Origin: Candidatus Multivorans sp.
GTDB lineage: Bacteria > Acidobacteriota > Thermoanaerobaculia > Multivoradales > Multivoraceae
Direction of reading: 5' to 3'
DNA length: 64,000 nt
Assembly: GCA_965247095.1 (NCBI GenBank)
Contig: OZ251997.1
Location: 1,472,001 to 1,536,000 of the forward strand
Both the position numbers and the translations under genes were made by a program. Numbering within the stretch: the stretch's first letter is position 1; the number at the start of each line of letters is the position of its first letter. Of this stretch, positions 28,066 to 37,326 are shown piece after piece. The notes below the pieces were generated by a model. That model saw only the letters and a program-made list of their open reading frames with translations. It was not told the origin of the DNA and made no database searches.

Positions 28066-28389
28066 GTGAAGTGGTCGGTCGAAACCCATGCCGCCGTCGA
28101 TTCCGAGATCGCGGCCCTACCACCGGGACTTCGAGCCCAGCTGGTGCGCCTGCTCGAGATGGTCGAGACGGTCGGCCTTGACCGGCTGCGCGAACCGCAC
28201 GTACGACACCTGGAGGGCAAGCTCTGGGAGTTGCGGGCCAAGGCGGTTGAGGGAATCGCACGGGGCATCTACGTGACGGCAACGGGGCGGCGCGTAGTGG
28301 TGCTGCATGTCTTTGCGAAGAAGTCGCAGCGCACGCCACGACGGGCCTTGGCAACCGCCCGACAACGACTGGGAGGGGTGACACCATGA
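28066..28389 (+). CDS. RelE/ParE-family toxin (Gp49/DUF891-like)
   Basis: REPHVRHLEGKLWELR, VVVLHVFAKKSQRTP. Confidence 0.9.
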   Translation: MKWSVETHAAVDSEIAALPPGLRAQLVRLLEMVETVGLDRLREPHVRHLEGKLWELRAKAVEGIARGIYVTATGRRVVVLHVFAKKSQRTPRRALATARQRLGGVTP

Positions 28390-28667
28390 CGAAGCTGAAG
28401 GATCTGAAGGCGCGCTTGATGGAGGATCCGGCGTTTCGGGAGGAGTACGCCAGTGCCGACAGCGAGTATGCGTTGATCGAGGCGATGATCCGCGCCCGTA
28501 CTGCGGCGAAGCTGACGCAGGCGGAACTGGCCGAACGGCTCGGCACGACCCAATCGGCGATCGCGCGGCTGGAAGGGGGCCGGGTGTCGCCGTCTTACGC
28601 GACGTTGCGGCGCTATGCGGAAGCGACCGGAACGCGGCTAACGGTCGGATTCGAACGCGCTGGCTGA
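28386..28667 (+). CDS. XRE-family HTH antitoxin
   Basis: LTQAELAERLGTTQSAIARLEGG; ATGA overlap with the toxin. Confidence 0.9.
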   Translation: MTKLKDLKARLMEDPAFREEYASADSEYALIEAMIRARTAAKLTQAELAERLGTTQSAIARLEGGRVSPSYATLRRYAEATGTRLTVGFERAG

Positions 28668-28705
28668 CCAGCTAGCCGCCGGCAGGTTCTTCGCCGTAAC
28701 GAAAA

Positions 28706-28972
28706 CACCCGGGTGCCGCGGCCGACGATCTGCTTGAACTCGGTCATCGAGCCGACCACCCTGTCGAGCACGATGACCCGGCAGGTCTGGATATCGACGC
28801 CGGTGGACAGCAGGCGCGAGGTGGTGACGAGCGGCAGGTTCGTCTCGCGGGGCGTACTGGCCCCCGTGCGGTCGTGGAACACGAAGCCGTCGCCGTTCGA
28901 TGAGAACGCGAAGGGGATGTTCAGGGTCTCGGCGTAATCCAGCGCCTGCTGCATGCCGTCGCCCACGCTATC
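28706..28972 (-). pseudogene. hsdR: Type I restriction subunit R (EcoAI/EcoEI-like) remnant, internally collapsed
   Basis: SVGDGMQQALDYAETLNIPFAFSSNGDGF (nuclease QxxxY) joined directly to TTSRLLSTGVD...SMTEFKQIVGRGTR (helicase motifs V/VI). Confidence 0.85.
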
Positions 28973-29044
28973 CGCCTCAGCGGCCTCCGTGCCGTTCCGC
29001 GTCACTTCGGGCATCCACGCCCGGACCGCCCCCAGGCCGCAAGC

Positions 29045-30301
29045 CTAAGCCACGCCGAAGATCGGCAACGCCGGATAGTCCCCCTTGAGGATGGCCGAGG
29101 CGTCGTCCATGCCCATCCAGCCCTCGATCATCGACGCGTAGACGCGCCGGAAGTCGGTGGTCATCTTCAGGTTGCCGTCGTCCAGGTCGGTAAGGCTGGG
29201 CGGGTCGCCGTAGAAGCCGCCGGCAACGCCCTTGCCGGCGACGAACATCGGACCGGCAGTGCCGTGGTCGGTGCCAAGGCTCCCGTTCTCCTCTACCCGG
29301 CGCCCGAACTCGGTGAACATGAGCACGGCCACGTCGTCGGCACGATCCATACGCTCGATGTCGCGCACGAAACCAGCCACCGCGTCGGACATGTACATGA
29401 GCAGCCGGGCGTGGGTGTCGGCCTGGTGGACGTGGGTGTCGAACGAGTTGCCGCGGAAGCTGACGTAGTAGATGCGGGTCGGCAACTCGGCCTGGATCAG
29501 CGCCGCCACCTTGCGCAGGTCGGCGCCGAGCCCGCCTATGCCGTAGTCGACCGGTGTCTTGTAGCCCGACCAGGCGTCGCGCACGAGAGCCGCGCTCGTG
29601 GCGGCGTTCGAGGCCGTACCGCGCAGGAAGTCGAGGGCGTCGTTGCCGCTCGCCTCGTCGCTGCCGAGCTGCGCGAGCGCCCGCTTCTGCTGCGGCGTAC
29701 CCTGACGCCGCAAGCGTCCCGGATCGTCGAACACCAGGGGCGAATGGCGAGCGGCGCGCACCGCGGGCGACTGCGAACGGGCGACGTTGATGATGTAGTT
29801 CGGGGTGCCGTCGGGACCGTGGTCGTCGGCGAAGCGGCCGAGCCAGCCGAGGGCCTCGCCGCCATTCGGTACGCCGGTGTGCCAGAAGCCCATCGACGAG
29901 AAATGGGAGAGACTGGGGTTCGGGTAGCCGCAGCCTTCGACCACCGCCATCCGCCCCTCCTTGTACAGGCGCTCCATGCCGCTCAGCGACGGATGGAACC
30001 CGGCCTCCTCGGTGAGCCCGATCACGCGCTTCGGGCGGATGCCGAGGTTCGGCCGTACCCGGTAGTACTCGTCGTTGCGGAACGGGACGACCGTGTTCAG
30101 GCCGTCGTTGCCGCCCGACAGCTCGACCACGACGAGGATGCGGCGCGACGCGTCCGAGACGCCGCTCTGTAGTTCCTCGAGCGCCAGCGCCGCCGAAGTG
30201 CGGCCCAGTACCGCGGGCAAACCGGCAGCAACGCCGATGCCGTAGAGGCCCCGGTGCAGGAAATCGCGCCGCGAGCAGCCGCAGGGTAGTCGTTCAGGCA
30301 T
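29045..30301 (-). CDS. DUF1501 domain protein (Tat-exported)
   Basis: SRRDFL, LSGGNDGLNTVVP, NPSLSHF, FDTH, TEFGRR, GTDHG. Confidence 0.92.
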   Translation of the reverse strand: MPERLPCGCSRRDFLHRGLYGIGVAAGLPAVLGRTSAALALEELQSGVSDASRRILVVVELSGGNDGLNTVVPFRNDEYYRVRPNLGIRPKRVIGLTEEAGFHPSLSGMERLYKEGRMAVVEGCGYPNPSLSHFSSMGFWHTGVPNGGEALGWLGRFADDHGPDGTPNYIINVARSQSPAVRAARHSPLVFDDPGRLRRQGTPQQKRALAQLGSDEASGNDALDFLRGTASNAATSAALVRDAWSGYKTPVDYGIGGLGADLRKVAALIQAELPTRIYYVSFRGNSFDTHVHQADTHARLLMYMSDAVAGFVRDIERMDRADDVAVLMFTEFGRRVEENGSLGTDHGTAGPMFVAGKGVAGGFYGDPPSLTDLDDGNLKMTTDFRRVYASMIEGWMGMDDASAILKGDYPALPIFGVA

Positions 30302-30332
30302 ATCGGCTCCTTGGTTCCTGGTTGCGGGTGCC

Positions 30333-32201
30333 TCAGCCCAACTGGTACTCCGGCGAACTGAAGATGAGGTAGAGCGTCGAACGGAGCGCCTTCTCCACCT
30401 TCCCCGGCGCTCCCTCCGCTTCTTCGTCCAGCCCGGTCGAATCGAGTTCCGCTGCTAGGTAGTCCACCAACGCCCGGCGGCCCGGCCCGGTCACCGGCAC
30501 GCGGAGGAACCGGCGCAGCAGATGATCGACCGCACCCTCCGCGTCGGTGGCTCCAGCCGCCAGCACCATCGCCCGCAGGTCGACATCGAGGGTGTGGCGC
30601 GGAATCAGCTTGACCCGTTCGTATGCCATCGCGTAGCCGCGGTAGCCGCCGTACCGCGTGTTGTACTCCTCGTCGGCGTCGGCCATCGCGTTCGAGGCCG
30701 CGTCGCCCTGCCTGGTCGCCGCGGTGATCGTCATGCCCTGCGCCAACCGCTCGCCGACCTGCCGGTAGATGCCCGGCATGCGCCGGTCCGGATGTCCGAA
30801 CTCCTCGAGCCTGGGCGGGAAGAGCACGGAGCGCATCGCGTTGCCGCGTTCGAGCAACGTCGCCGGCGTGATCCAGGTCCGACCGCCGGCCCAACCGGCG
30901 ACATTCGGCGGGTAGAGCAACTGCTGCCCCAGGCGCCCGGTCAGACTGTTCATGTCCGGCACTGTCGGCGCGGTCGCGGCGCCGAGCTTGCGGTAGGTCG
31001 AGACGACAAGCTGGACCGGACTCTTGATCTGCGTCGCGACCGACGGCGGACTGTAGAAGTCGCGCGACGAGAGGATCGTGCGCAGCAGAACCTTCAACTC
31101 GTATCCGGATTCCCGCAGGCGACGCCCCAGTTCCGCCTGGAGCGCGGGCGCCAAATCCGCGCGCACCAGGTAGCGGAAGAGCTTGCCGGCGATGAACTCA
31201 GCGGTGGCCGGCTGCTCGAGGATGGTGTCGAGCACCTCCTCGCCACCGAGGTTTCCCTCGCGACCCAGGAAGGTCTTGGCGCCGTCGTCGTGGAGCTCGG
31301 CGTCGAACCGGAAGTCGAGCACGTCGTTGGTCCAGCCGGTGAAGGCCCGCGACGCCTCCCGAATGTCCTGCTCGGTGTAGTTGCTCGCGTTTCCCAGGTT
31401 GTTCAGGCCCATCGTGAACAGCTCGAGCAGCTCGCGGCCGAAGTTCTCGTTCGGGTGGTCCTTCACGTTCTCCCGGTTGTCCAGGTAGACCAGCATCGCC
31501 GGGTCGCGCATGACGGCGAGCACCAGGCTGCGGAAGTCGCCGGTGGCGTGGGCACGCAGGGTCCGGTTCTGCAGGGCCATCTTCCGGACGTCGCGGACCT
31601 TGACCTCCGAGGTCGCGAAGTGGTCGTGCCAGAAGAGCGTCATCTTCTCTTCGAGCGGCCGCGGCGTCGCGACCATGCGGTCGCCCCACCACAATGCGAG
31701 TCGCCGCGTTTCCAGCACGTTGCTGCGCAGACCGTAGAAGAACTTGTCGACCACCGGCTGCAGCGGGCGCGAGGAACCCTCAGGCAGGACATCCACGCCC
31801 AACGCGCTCCCCCGCTGCCGCCCGATCCGCACTGCCTGGGCGCGGCTGGGAGGAAATGGGTCCATCCCAACGTCCCAGATCCCCGATTCGTCGAACGGAA
31901 GCAGATCCGAGTCGTCTACCTGCTCGTAGTCCACCAGTCTCGCGACCGCACCCTCGAGGCCCAAGGCAACAAGCTCCTCGATCTGCGCCGGCGTGCCGCC
32001 GAAACCCGCGCGTTCCAACAGATGCGCCGCCTGCTCGTAGCCGAAGTCCTTCCCCGCCAACGGGGCCAGGTCGCCCACCCAGACGTGGGCGGCCGAGTCG
32101 ACCGGCGCCCCGAGGGCCGGCACGGAAAGCACAACGGAAAGCGCAGCAGCCCCAGCAATCACCGCCGCAGCGCGGAGTCCTCGACGAGCGCGATGCTTCA
32201 A
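30333..32201 (-). CDS. DUF1800 domain protein
   Basis: HLLERAGFG, EKMTLFWHDHF, DPAMLVYLDN, PNENFGRELLELFTMG, PPNVAGW. Confidence 0.92.
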   Translation of the reverse strand: MKHRARRGLRAAAVIAGAAALSVVLSVPALGAPVDSAAHVWVGDLAPLAGKDFGYEQAAHLLERAGFGGTPAQIEELVALGLEGAVARLVDYEQVDDSDLLPFDESGIWDVGMDPFPPSRAQAVRIGRQRGSALGVDVLPEGSSRPLQPVVDKFFYGLRSNVLETRRLALWWGDRMVATPRPLEEKMTLFWHDHFATSEVKVRDVRKMALQNRTLRAHATGDFRSLVLAVMRDPAMLVYLDNRENVKDHPNENFGRELLELFTMGLNNLGNASNYTEQDIREASRAFTGWTNDVLDFRFDAELHDDGAKTFLGREGNLGGEEVLDTILEQPATAEFIAGKLFRYLVRADLAPALQAELGRRLRESGYELKVLLRTILSSRDFYSPPSVATQIKSPVQLVVSTYRKLGAATAPTVPDMNSLTGRLGQQLLYPPNVAGWAGGRTWITPATLLERGNAMRSVLFPPRLEEFGHPDRRMPGIYRQVGERLAQGMTITAATRQGDAASNAMADADEEYNTRYGGYRGYAMAYERVKLIPRHTLDVDLRAMVLAAGATDAEGAVDHLLRRFLRVPVTGPGRRALVDYLAAELDSTGLDEEAEGAPGKVEKALRSTLYLIFSSPEYQLG

Positions 32202-32276
32202 CCGGGTTTTCCCCCTTTGAGGTCAAGACAGGCCGCCGCCGATGATAGCGGCTGGGAACCCGGCCCGGGCGACGGC

Positions 32277-33326
32277 TCAGGAGTGCCCGAGCGCCAGCAG
32301 GTTCTCCACCGGCTGGTACAGCTCCTCCATGTACTCGACATCGGCCGCGTCGAGCTCGATCTTCGTCGCCTCGACGAGCTGCTCGAGCTGCCCGACCTTC
32401 GACACGCCCACGACCGGCGCGCAGACCTCGGGTTTGTTCACCAGCCAGGCAAGCGAAATCTGCGCCGGGGTGCGGCCGTACTTCTTCGCCACCTCGACCA
32501 CGCGGTCGGCGATGTCGAACGTGGCGGCGCCGCGGTACAGGCCCTCCGTGCGCACCCGGTCGCCGCCCTTCGAGCGGTCGGTGCCGCCCTCATCGAAGCT
32601 CCCCCTGTAGGAGCCGGTGAGGATGCCGCGCGCAAGCGGCGACCACGGGGTCAGCGCAACGCCTGTCCGGGCGCAGTAGGGGTTCATCTCCCGCTCTTCC
32701 TCCCGGTACACCAGGTTGTAGTGGTTCTGCATCGAGACGAACTCGGTCCAGCCATTGTGCTGCGCCGTCATCTGCAGTTCGACGAACTGCCACGCGAACA
32801 TGGACGACGCCCCCAGGTAGAGCGCCTTGCCGGCCTTGACCACGTCGTGCAAGGCCCCCATCGTCTCCTCGATCGGCGCCTTGACCTGACCTGGAATCCC
32901 GTGCGGATGGCGGTGGATGATCAACTGGTCCACGTAGTCGAGGCCGAGACGCCTCAGGCAGCCGTCGACCCCTTCCATGATGTGCTTGCGCGACAGCCCG
33001 CCCTGGTTCGGCGATCTGCCCATCGGTATGGAGACCTTGGTCGAGATCACGTACTCGTCGCGTGGCAGCAGCTCCCGCAGCAACGACCCGACCACCCGCT
33101 CGCAGGCGCCGATGCCGTAGATGTCGGCGCAGTCGAAGTAGAACAGCCCGCGCTCGATCGCCGCCTGGAAGATCGGGCGCGAAGCGTCCAGGTCCAGGGT
33201 CCAGTCGCCCTGGTGGCCCCGGCCCGGCTCGCCGAAGTTCATCGTCCCCAGGCACAACTGCGAGACCCGAAGCCCGCACTTCCGTCCCAGTTGAACCGCC
33301 TTCAACACGTTCGCGCCTTCACCCAT
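32277..33326 (-). CDS. Aldo/keto reductase
   Basis: GLRVSQLCLGTMNFG, DCADIY, STK, MQNHYNL, PWSPLARG. Confidence 0.95.
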   Translation of the reverse strand: MGEGANVLKAVQLGRKCGLRVSQLCLGTMNFGEPGRGHQGDWTLDLDASRPIFQAAIERGLFYFDCADIYGIGACERVVGSLLRELLPRDEYVISTKVSIPMGRSPNQGGLSRKHIMEGVDGCLRRLGLDYVDQLIIHRHPHGIPGQVKAPIEETMGALHDVVKAGKALYLGASSMFAWQFVELQMTAQHNGWTEFVSMQNHYNLVYREEEREMNPYCARTGVALTPWSPLARGILTGSYRGSFDEGGTDRSKGGDRVRTEGLYRGAATFDIADRVVEVAKKYGRTPAQISLAWLVNKPEVCAPVVGVSKVGQLEQLVEATKIELDAADVEYMEELYQPVENLLALGHS

Positions 33327-33406
33327 GTGACCTGCCTCCGCGTTCCATGCGGCGTGAGTCCGCCGCCTTCGACCGGCCGACGATAGCCCACCGGGCCGCC
33401 GGCTAC

Positions 33407-33460
33407 ATGGTCACCCAGCAGCGCGCCTACACGTCGCCGATCTCGTACACGCCGGAGTAG
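33407..33460 (+). pseudogene. Extreme C-terminal remnant of a DUF3604-type gene
   Basis: MVTQQRAYTSPISYTPE* resembles RIQERAWTSPIWY at the end of the intact gene at 54269-56278. Confidence 0.6.
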
Positions 33461-33465
33461 CCCCA

Positions 33466-33489
33466 GGAACGCGGGCTTCTGCCGGTCCG
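33466..33489 (+). repeat. Degenerate REP-like copy
   Basis: ggaacgcgggcttctgccggtccg. Confidence 0.45.
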
Positions 33490-33528
33490 CCGTGGGGTGC
33501 CCGCAATTCTCTCGAACTCGGACGTGAA

Positions 33529-36500
33529 CTACTGGCCAGAGGAAGCAGAATCAGCCTTGCAGACGACCTCGAAGCCATAACTGGGACCCTGGCCCCCTGC
33601 GAACGCCGGAATCGCACCTTCCAGCCCACTGGTCACCGTCATCGCGACCTTCTGCGGTTGGCGCCGATCCCGGCTCTCGGCAGCGCAACGAACCGGGTCG
33701 TCTTCAATGGTGATATCCCAGTAGTAGACAAGGCCGATCTTGTCGAAGTCGTCGGGAGAGGCATATTCCCTCCCGGGACTGAGATGCACGCCCTCGGGCA
33801 GGGGCAGGTCCGTGCCGCGCTCACCGCCCAAGACATCTGCGGCCGCGATGATTGTGCCAATCCTGACGAAGTCCGCGTTGCCCCGCCGCTGCAGAGTAAC
33901 GCGAAGGGTCTTGCCTTGCTCTCGTTCGATCGGACCGCTGATCTCACCATGGAAGTCCACGATGCGACCAACCAGTATCCAATCACTGGCCGCACCGATA
34001 ATGCATGGCTCCTCTGCGGAGCCCTTACAACCAACCTGAGGTTCAGGGAGAATGTGAGACAGGATGCCCACCCGACCGCTCGCTTCGTGCTTGACGAAGC
34101 TCGCGGCGCCGCCTTTCATGGATGTGATCGTGACGCCGCCGGGATCAACCGGCTTAGTCTGTGCGTTGCCCAGCGCGGCTTTCGGTATGAGGAAAGAGAC
34201 CGCCGAGCTCTTCTCGTCGTTGATCCAGTACCAGCCGCCGTCCTTGAGGCCATGTATTTCGATCGCGCCGCCTTCGTTGCAGGCGAGGCCGTTCTCATGG
34301 TTGAACACCTGGCGAACGATGCCCCTGTGGTCCTTCTCGGCCTCGCGAGACATCGTCCGGTCGCCGCAGGTGACCAAGAACGCTACGACGCTCTCGTCCA
34401 CATCCTCGGTGGAGGCCAGGTCGGGCGCCGCTTGACCCACGAAGCCGCCCGAACCCTTGAAATAGAGGGCGACATGGCGTCCCGCGACTGGAGCGTCGAG
34501 CGTGACGTTGATCCCTGTGGCCCCGCTGACTTCGGGTGTGGGGTCGGAGCAACTGCTGCCCTTGCAGGCCTCGACCACGAACGTGTACGTGCTATCGGGG
34601 AGGAGGTCCCCAACGACCAGGGAGGTCGTGTTCGCGGGCACCGTCCGGATCCGCGCGAACCGGTTATTGTACGGCCCGCGGCTTGAGATCGCGAACTCGG
34701 TCTCATCGTTCGAGTTGTCCCGCCAACCGAGCCCCAGCTCGCTGTTGCTGATCCTGGTGACCGTCAGTTGGGAAGGCGCCGACGGACGACGGGCGGGCGG
34801 TCTTACGTAGACCACGAAGCCATCGTGGTCCGACGTGGCGAGCGACGTCGTCGCGTCGCTGCTATGCGCGCTTCGGGCCTCGGCGTTGCCGCGTCCGAAC
34901 TGCATCCCCACGACATACGGCCTGAGAGTGGCGTTCACGAGCGCATGATCCAGGACCTGGGCTTCGCAATCGCGCGGTCCGTCCCGTGCCGAGGAATCGC
35001 ACGGCCAGAGGTACGAGTACTGCTCCGAGGCGGGCAACAGGTTGATCGCGTTGAACAGGCTCGGATAGACCAGGTTCGGTCCCGACTCCACCGCCTGGCT
35101 CGCAATGGCGGTACCCGAGATCTGGCCGATCACATCGACGAAGCCGTCCGTGAACTGGTACGCGTTGAAATCGCCCACGATGATCAGCCTCGAATCCTGC
35201 AGCGACTGCGCCAACTCTGCAACGAACTGCGCCTGCGCCAAGCGCTTGACGCGCACCCGCAACTCGGTCGCCACGCCGATGAGCGAGCGGTTGTGGACCA
35301 CCATGACCGCGAGCGAGAAGCCATCCACGGTCGCGCGGAGCAGGAGCGGCGGCCGGTCGTTCAGAATGTCGTCAGCCGTGAGGTCATCGGGATTCTCGAA
35401 CGGTTCGTTCTTGCCGTACTGTATGACGCTTCCGACCTCGACCCTCGAACCCACCAGGAAGCCGACGTCAATTCTGTCGGGTATCGGCCCTTCCTCCAGA
35501 TAGGGGGTGTAGACGACGTTCGGATCGTCCGCCTTGATCTTGTCGGCGAGGGCCGTCAGGTCCGTGATCGATCCCACTTCCTGCACTCCAAGGATGTCTG
35601 GCGACCCCAGCACTTCGCGAATATAGAGCGACAACTTGGTAAGTTTGGTGGTCGCGCTGGGCGACAACAGGTTCAGCACGTTCAGCGAGCCGACCGTGAT
35701 CTCACCCGACCGCTTCGCCCGTACCGGGCGCGGCAGCGCGACCTCGGTGAGGACGGTCAACTCGGACGGCCAGAGTTCGTAGTTGCGGAACTCGTAGCCG
35801 AGCCCGCCGGTGGCGGTGAAGGTCGAACCCGGGATCAGGGATACGTTCGTCAGGCCCAGTTTGTCGGGGTCGAGTTCAAACACCTGGGGGTTGCCGTCGA
35901 ACACTGGAACGTTGGGGTAGGCGGCGAGGCCGGGATACACGAGGCCGGGCTCGCGGAAGGACCGCTCCGAGGTCGGGGTCACGAACATCTCGGCCATCGG
36001 GTCGCCGCCGAAGCGCTGACTCGGTCCGGCGATGGTGCCGACGGCTACTCGGATCAGCATGCCCTCATAGCACTCGTACTCGAGGGCGCAACTCGGAGAA
36101 TCCGGATCCGGCGATGGCCGTGTCGCATTGAACTCCACGGGATCCGGCACAGTGCCGGCGCCCACCATGGTGACCGTGCTCCCTGAGGCGAATCGAGTGA
36201 AGCCGAAGAACTCCTCCACCGTGCCCACTACGTCGACCAGATCGCCGACCGACACCGTCGGCGTACCGGCCGTCGCAACGAAAATGCCGTCCGATGTGTT
36301 GCGGTTGTTGTCGCTGCGAGCGGCTGGCGTCTGCATGAAGAAGCCGTCGGTCCCCACCGCGGTGACCACGTTGTTTTCGGTGGTTACCGAGGCGCCGACG
36401 TGCGGGCTTGCCGCGCCGTCGCCCTGGATCTGGAAGATCTCGCCCGTGAACGTGGAGGGCGGCGGGGGCGGCGGGGGCGGCGGGTCCATGCCACCGCAGT

Positions 36501-37089
36501 CGTTGGCGGCGCCGGGTGTTCCTTTGTCGCCAGCGCTGCCGGTCCATGCGTTTGCGGACTCGCACCAGTTGTCACCGTTACTGTTGTCGAGATCGGTCGC
36601 CTTGAGGGCCATCGAAGCGCCATTCGGATCCGGAAAGGAGCTGCCGTTGTCCCAGACCACGCGATCCTGCTCCACGTCGCTGGCGTTCGTCAGTATCAGC
36701 CCATCAGTGCCGTTTCCCAGACTGATTCTCATGCTGCCGCTGCTGGGGTACACATAGTCCACCGAAGGAAGGCCGCCGTTGTCCGCGGCCGTGGAACTCA
36801 AGGCGAAGAGCAGATAGCCATCGGCCTGAATAGTCAATGTTCCGCTGATGGTGAAGGTCTCAGCTCCCGTCGCGTCGTCCTTGAGCTTCCATCCGTCGAT
36901 ATCCACGGCCGAGGAACCCGCGTTGTAGAGCTCGAACCACTCACCGTTTGGCGTGTCAGCAACGGCGCCCGGGTTCTGCATGATCTCGTTGATCACGATC
37001 TGTCCAAAGCCGGCCGTCGGCCCGGCCAGCACAAACACGAAACCGACCGTCAGGCTGCGCGACGCACGCCAGAATCCAGAATTCCTCAT
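33529..37089 (-). CDS. Secreted multidomain nuclease: lamin-tail domain, OB fold, EEP (ExeM/NucH-like), FN3, unknown C-terminus
   Basis: IVINEIM/GEWFELYN, poly-Pro linker, IFQIQG, GFFMQ, GVQEV, GDFN, LDH, SDHD, WRDNSNDETEF. Confidence 0.85.
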   Translation of the reverse strand: MRNSGFWRASRSLTVGFVFVLAGPTAGFGQIVINEIMQNPGAVADTPNGEWFELYNAGSSAVDIDGWKLKDDATGAETFTISGTLTIQADGYLLFALSSTAADNGGLPSVDYVYPSSGSMRISLGNGTDGLILTNASDVEQDRVVWDNGSSFPDPNGASMALKATDLDNSNGDNWCESANAWTGSAGDKGTPGAANDCGGMDPPPPPPPPPSTFTGEIFQIQGDGAASPHVGASVTTENNVVTAVGTDGFFMQTPAARSDNNRNTSDGIFVATAGTPTVSVGDLVDVVGTVEEFFGFTRFASGSTVTMVGAGTVPDPVEFNATRPSPDPDSPSCALEYECYEGMLIRVAVGTIAGPSQRFGGDPMAEMFVTPTSERSFREPGLVYPGLAAYPNVPVFDGNPQVFELDPDKLGLTNVSLIPGSTFTATGGLGYEFRNYELWPSELTVLTEVALPRPVRAKRSGEITVGSLNVLNLLSPSATTKLTKLSLYIREVLGSPDILGVQEVGSITDLTALADKIKADDPNVVYTPYLEEGPIPDRIDVGFLVGSRVEVGSVIQYGKNEPFENPDDLTADDILNDRPPLLLRATVDGFSLAVMVVHNRSLIGVATELRVRVKRLAQAQFVAELAQSLQDSRLIIVGDFNAYQFTDGFVDVIGQISGTAIASQAVESGPNLVYPSLFNAINLLPASEQYSYLWPCDSSARDGPRDCEAQVLDHALVNATLRPYVVGMQFGRGNAEARSAHSSDATTSLATSDHDGFVVYVRPPARRPSAPSQLTVTRISNSELGLGWRDNSNDETEFAISSRGPYNNRFARIRTVPANTTSLVVGDLLPDSTYTFVVEACKGSSCSDPTPEVSGATGINVTLDAPVAGRHVALYFKGSGGFVGQAAPDLASTEDVDESVVAFLVTCGDRTMSREAEKDHRGIVRQVFNHENGLACNEGGAIEIHGLKDGGWYWINDEKSSAVSFLIPKAALGNAQTKPVDPGGVTITSMKGGAASFVKHEASGRVGILSHILPEPQVGCKGSAEEPCIIGAASDWILVGRIVDFHGEISGPIEREQGKTLRVTLQRRGNADFVRIGTIIAAADVLGGERGTDLPLPEGVHLSPGREYASPDDFDKIGLVYYWDITIEDDPVRCAAESRDRRQPQKVAMTVTSGLEGAIPAFAGGQGPSYGFEVVCKADSASSGQ

Positions 37090-37326
37090 TCTCTCCCCTC
37101 TCCGGTCGCCGCTCCGGCGGCCTACCGTGGGCCATCCGGGAACAAACGGCAACCGTTGTCCGTCAAGACGAACCTAAACCAAGTTGTAGCGGCCCCCGAT
37201 CCTCCCGAGAGAGGAAGAAGTCCCGATAAAGCCCGGAGCTGTCGACCTGAGTCGCTGATCTGCACCCGGCCTGCGCGCCGATAACCGGCGGCGCGACGAG
37301 GACTTCAGGGACCCGAACGAAGAACT

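Noticed and set aside
30522-33386. 954-aa plus-strand ORF and other long shadow ORFs (e.g. 4775-6595, 20931-23117, 38195-40309, 53963-56161)
   Set aside because: Antisense or alternate-frame shadows of well-supported genes, expected in high-GC DNA; no motifs
36458-36486. GGCGGG tandem tract
   Set aside because: Encodes the poly-proline linker of the nuclease; not a contingency locus
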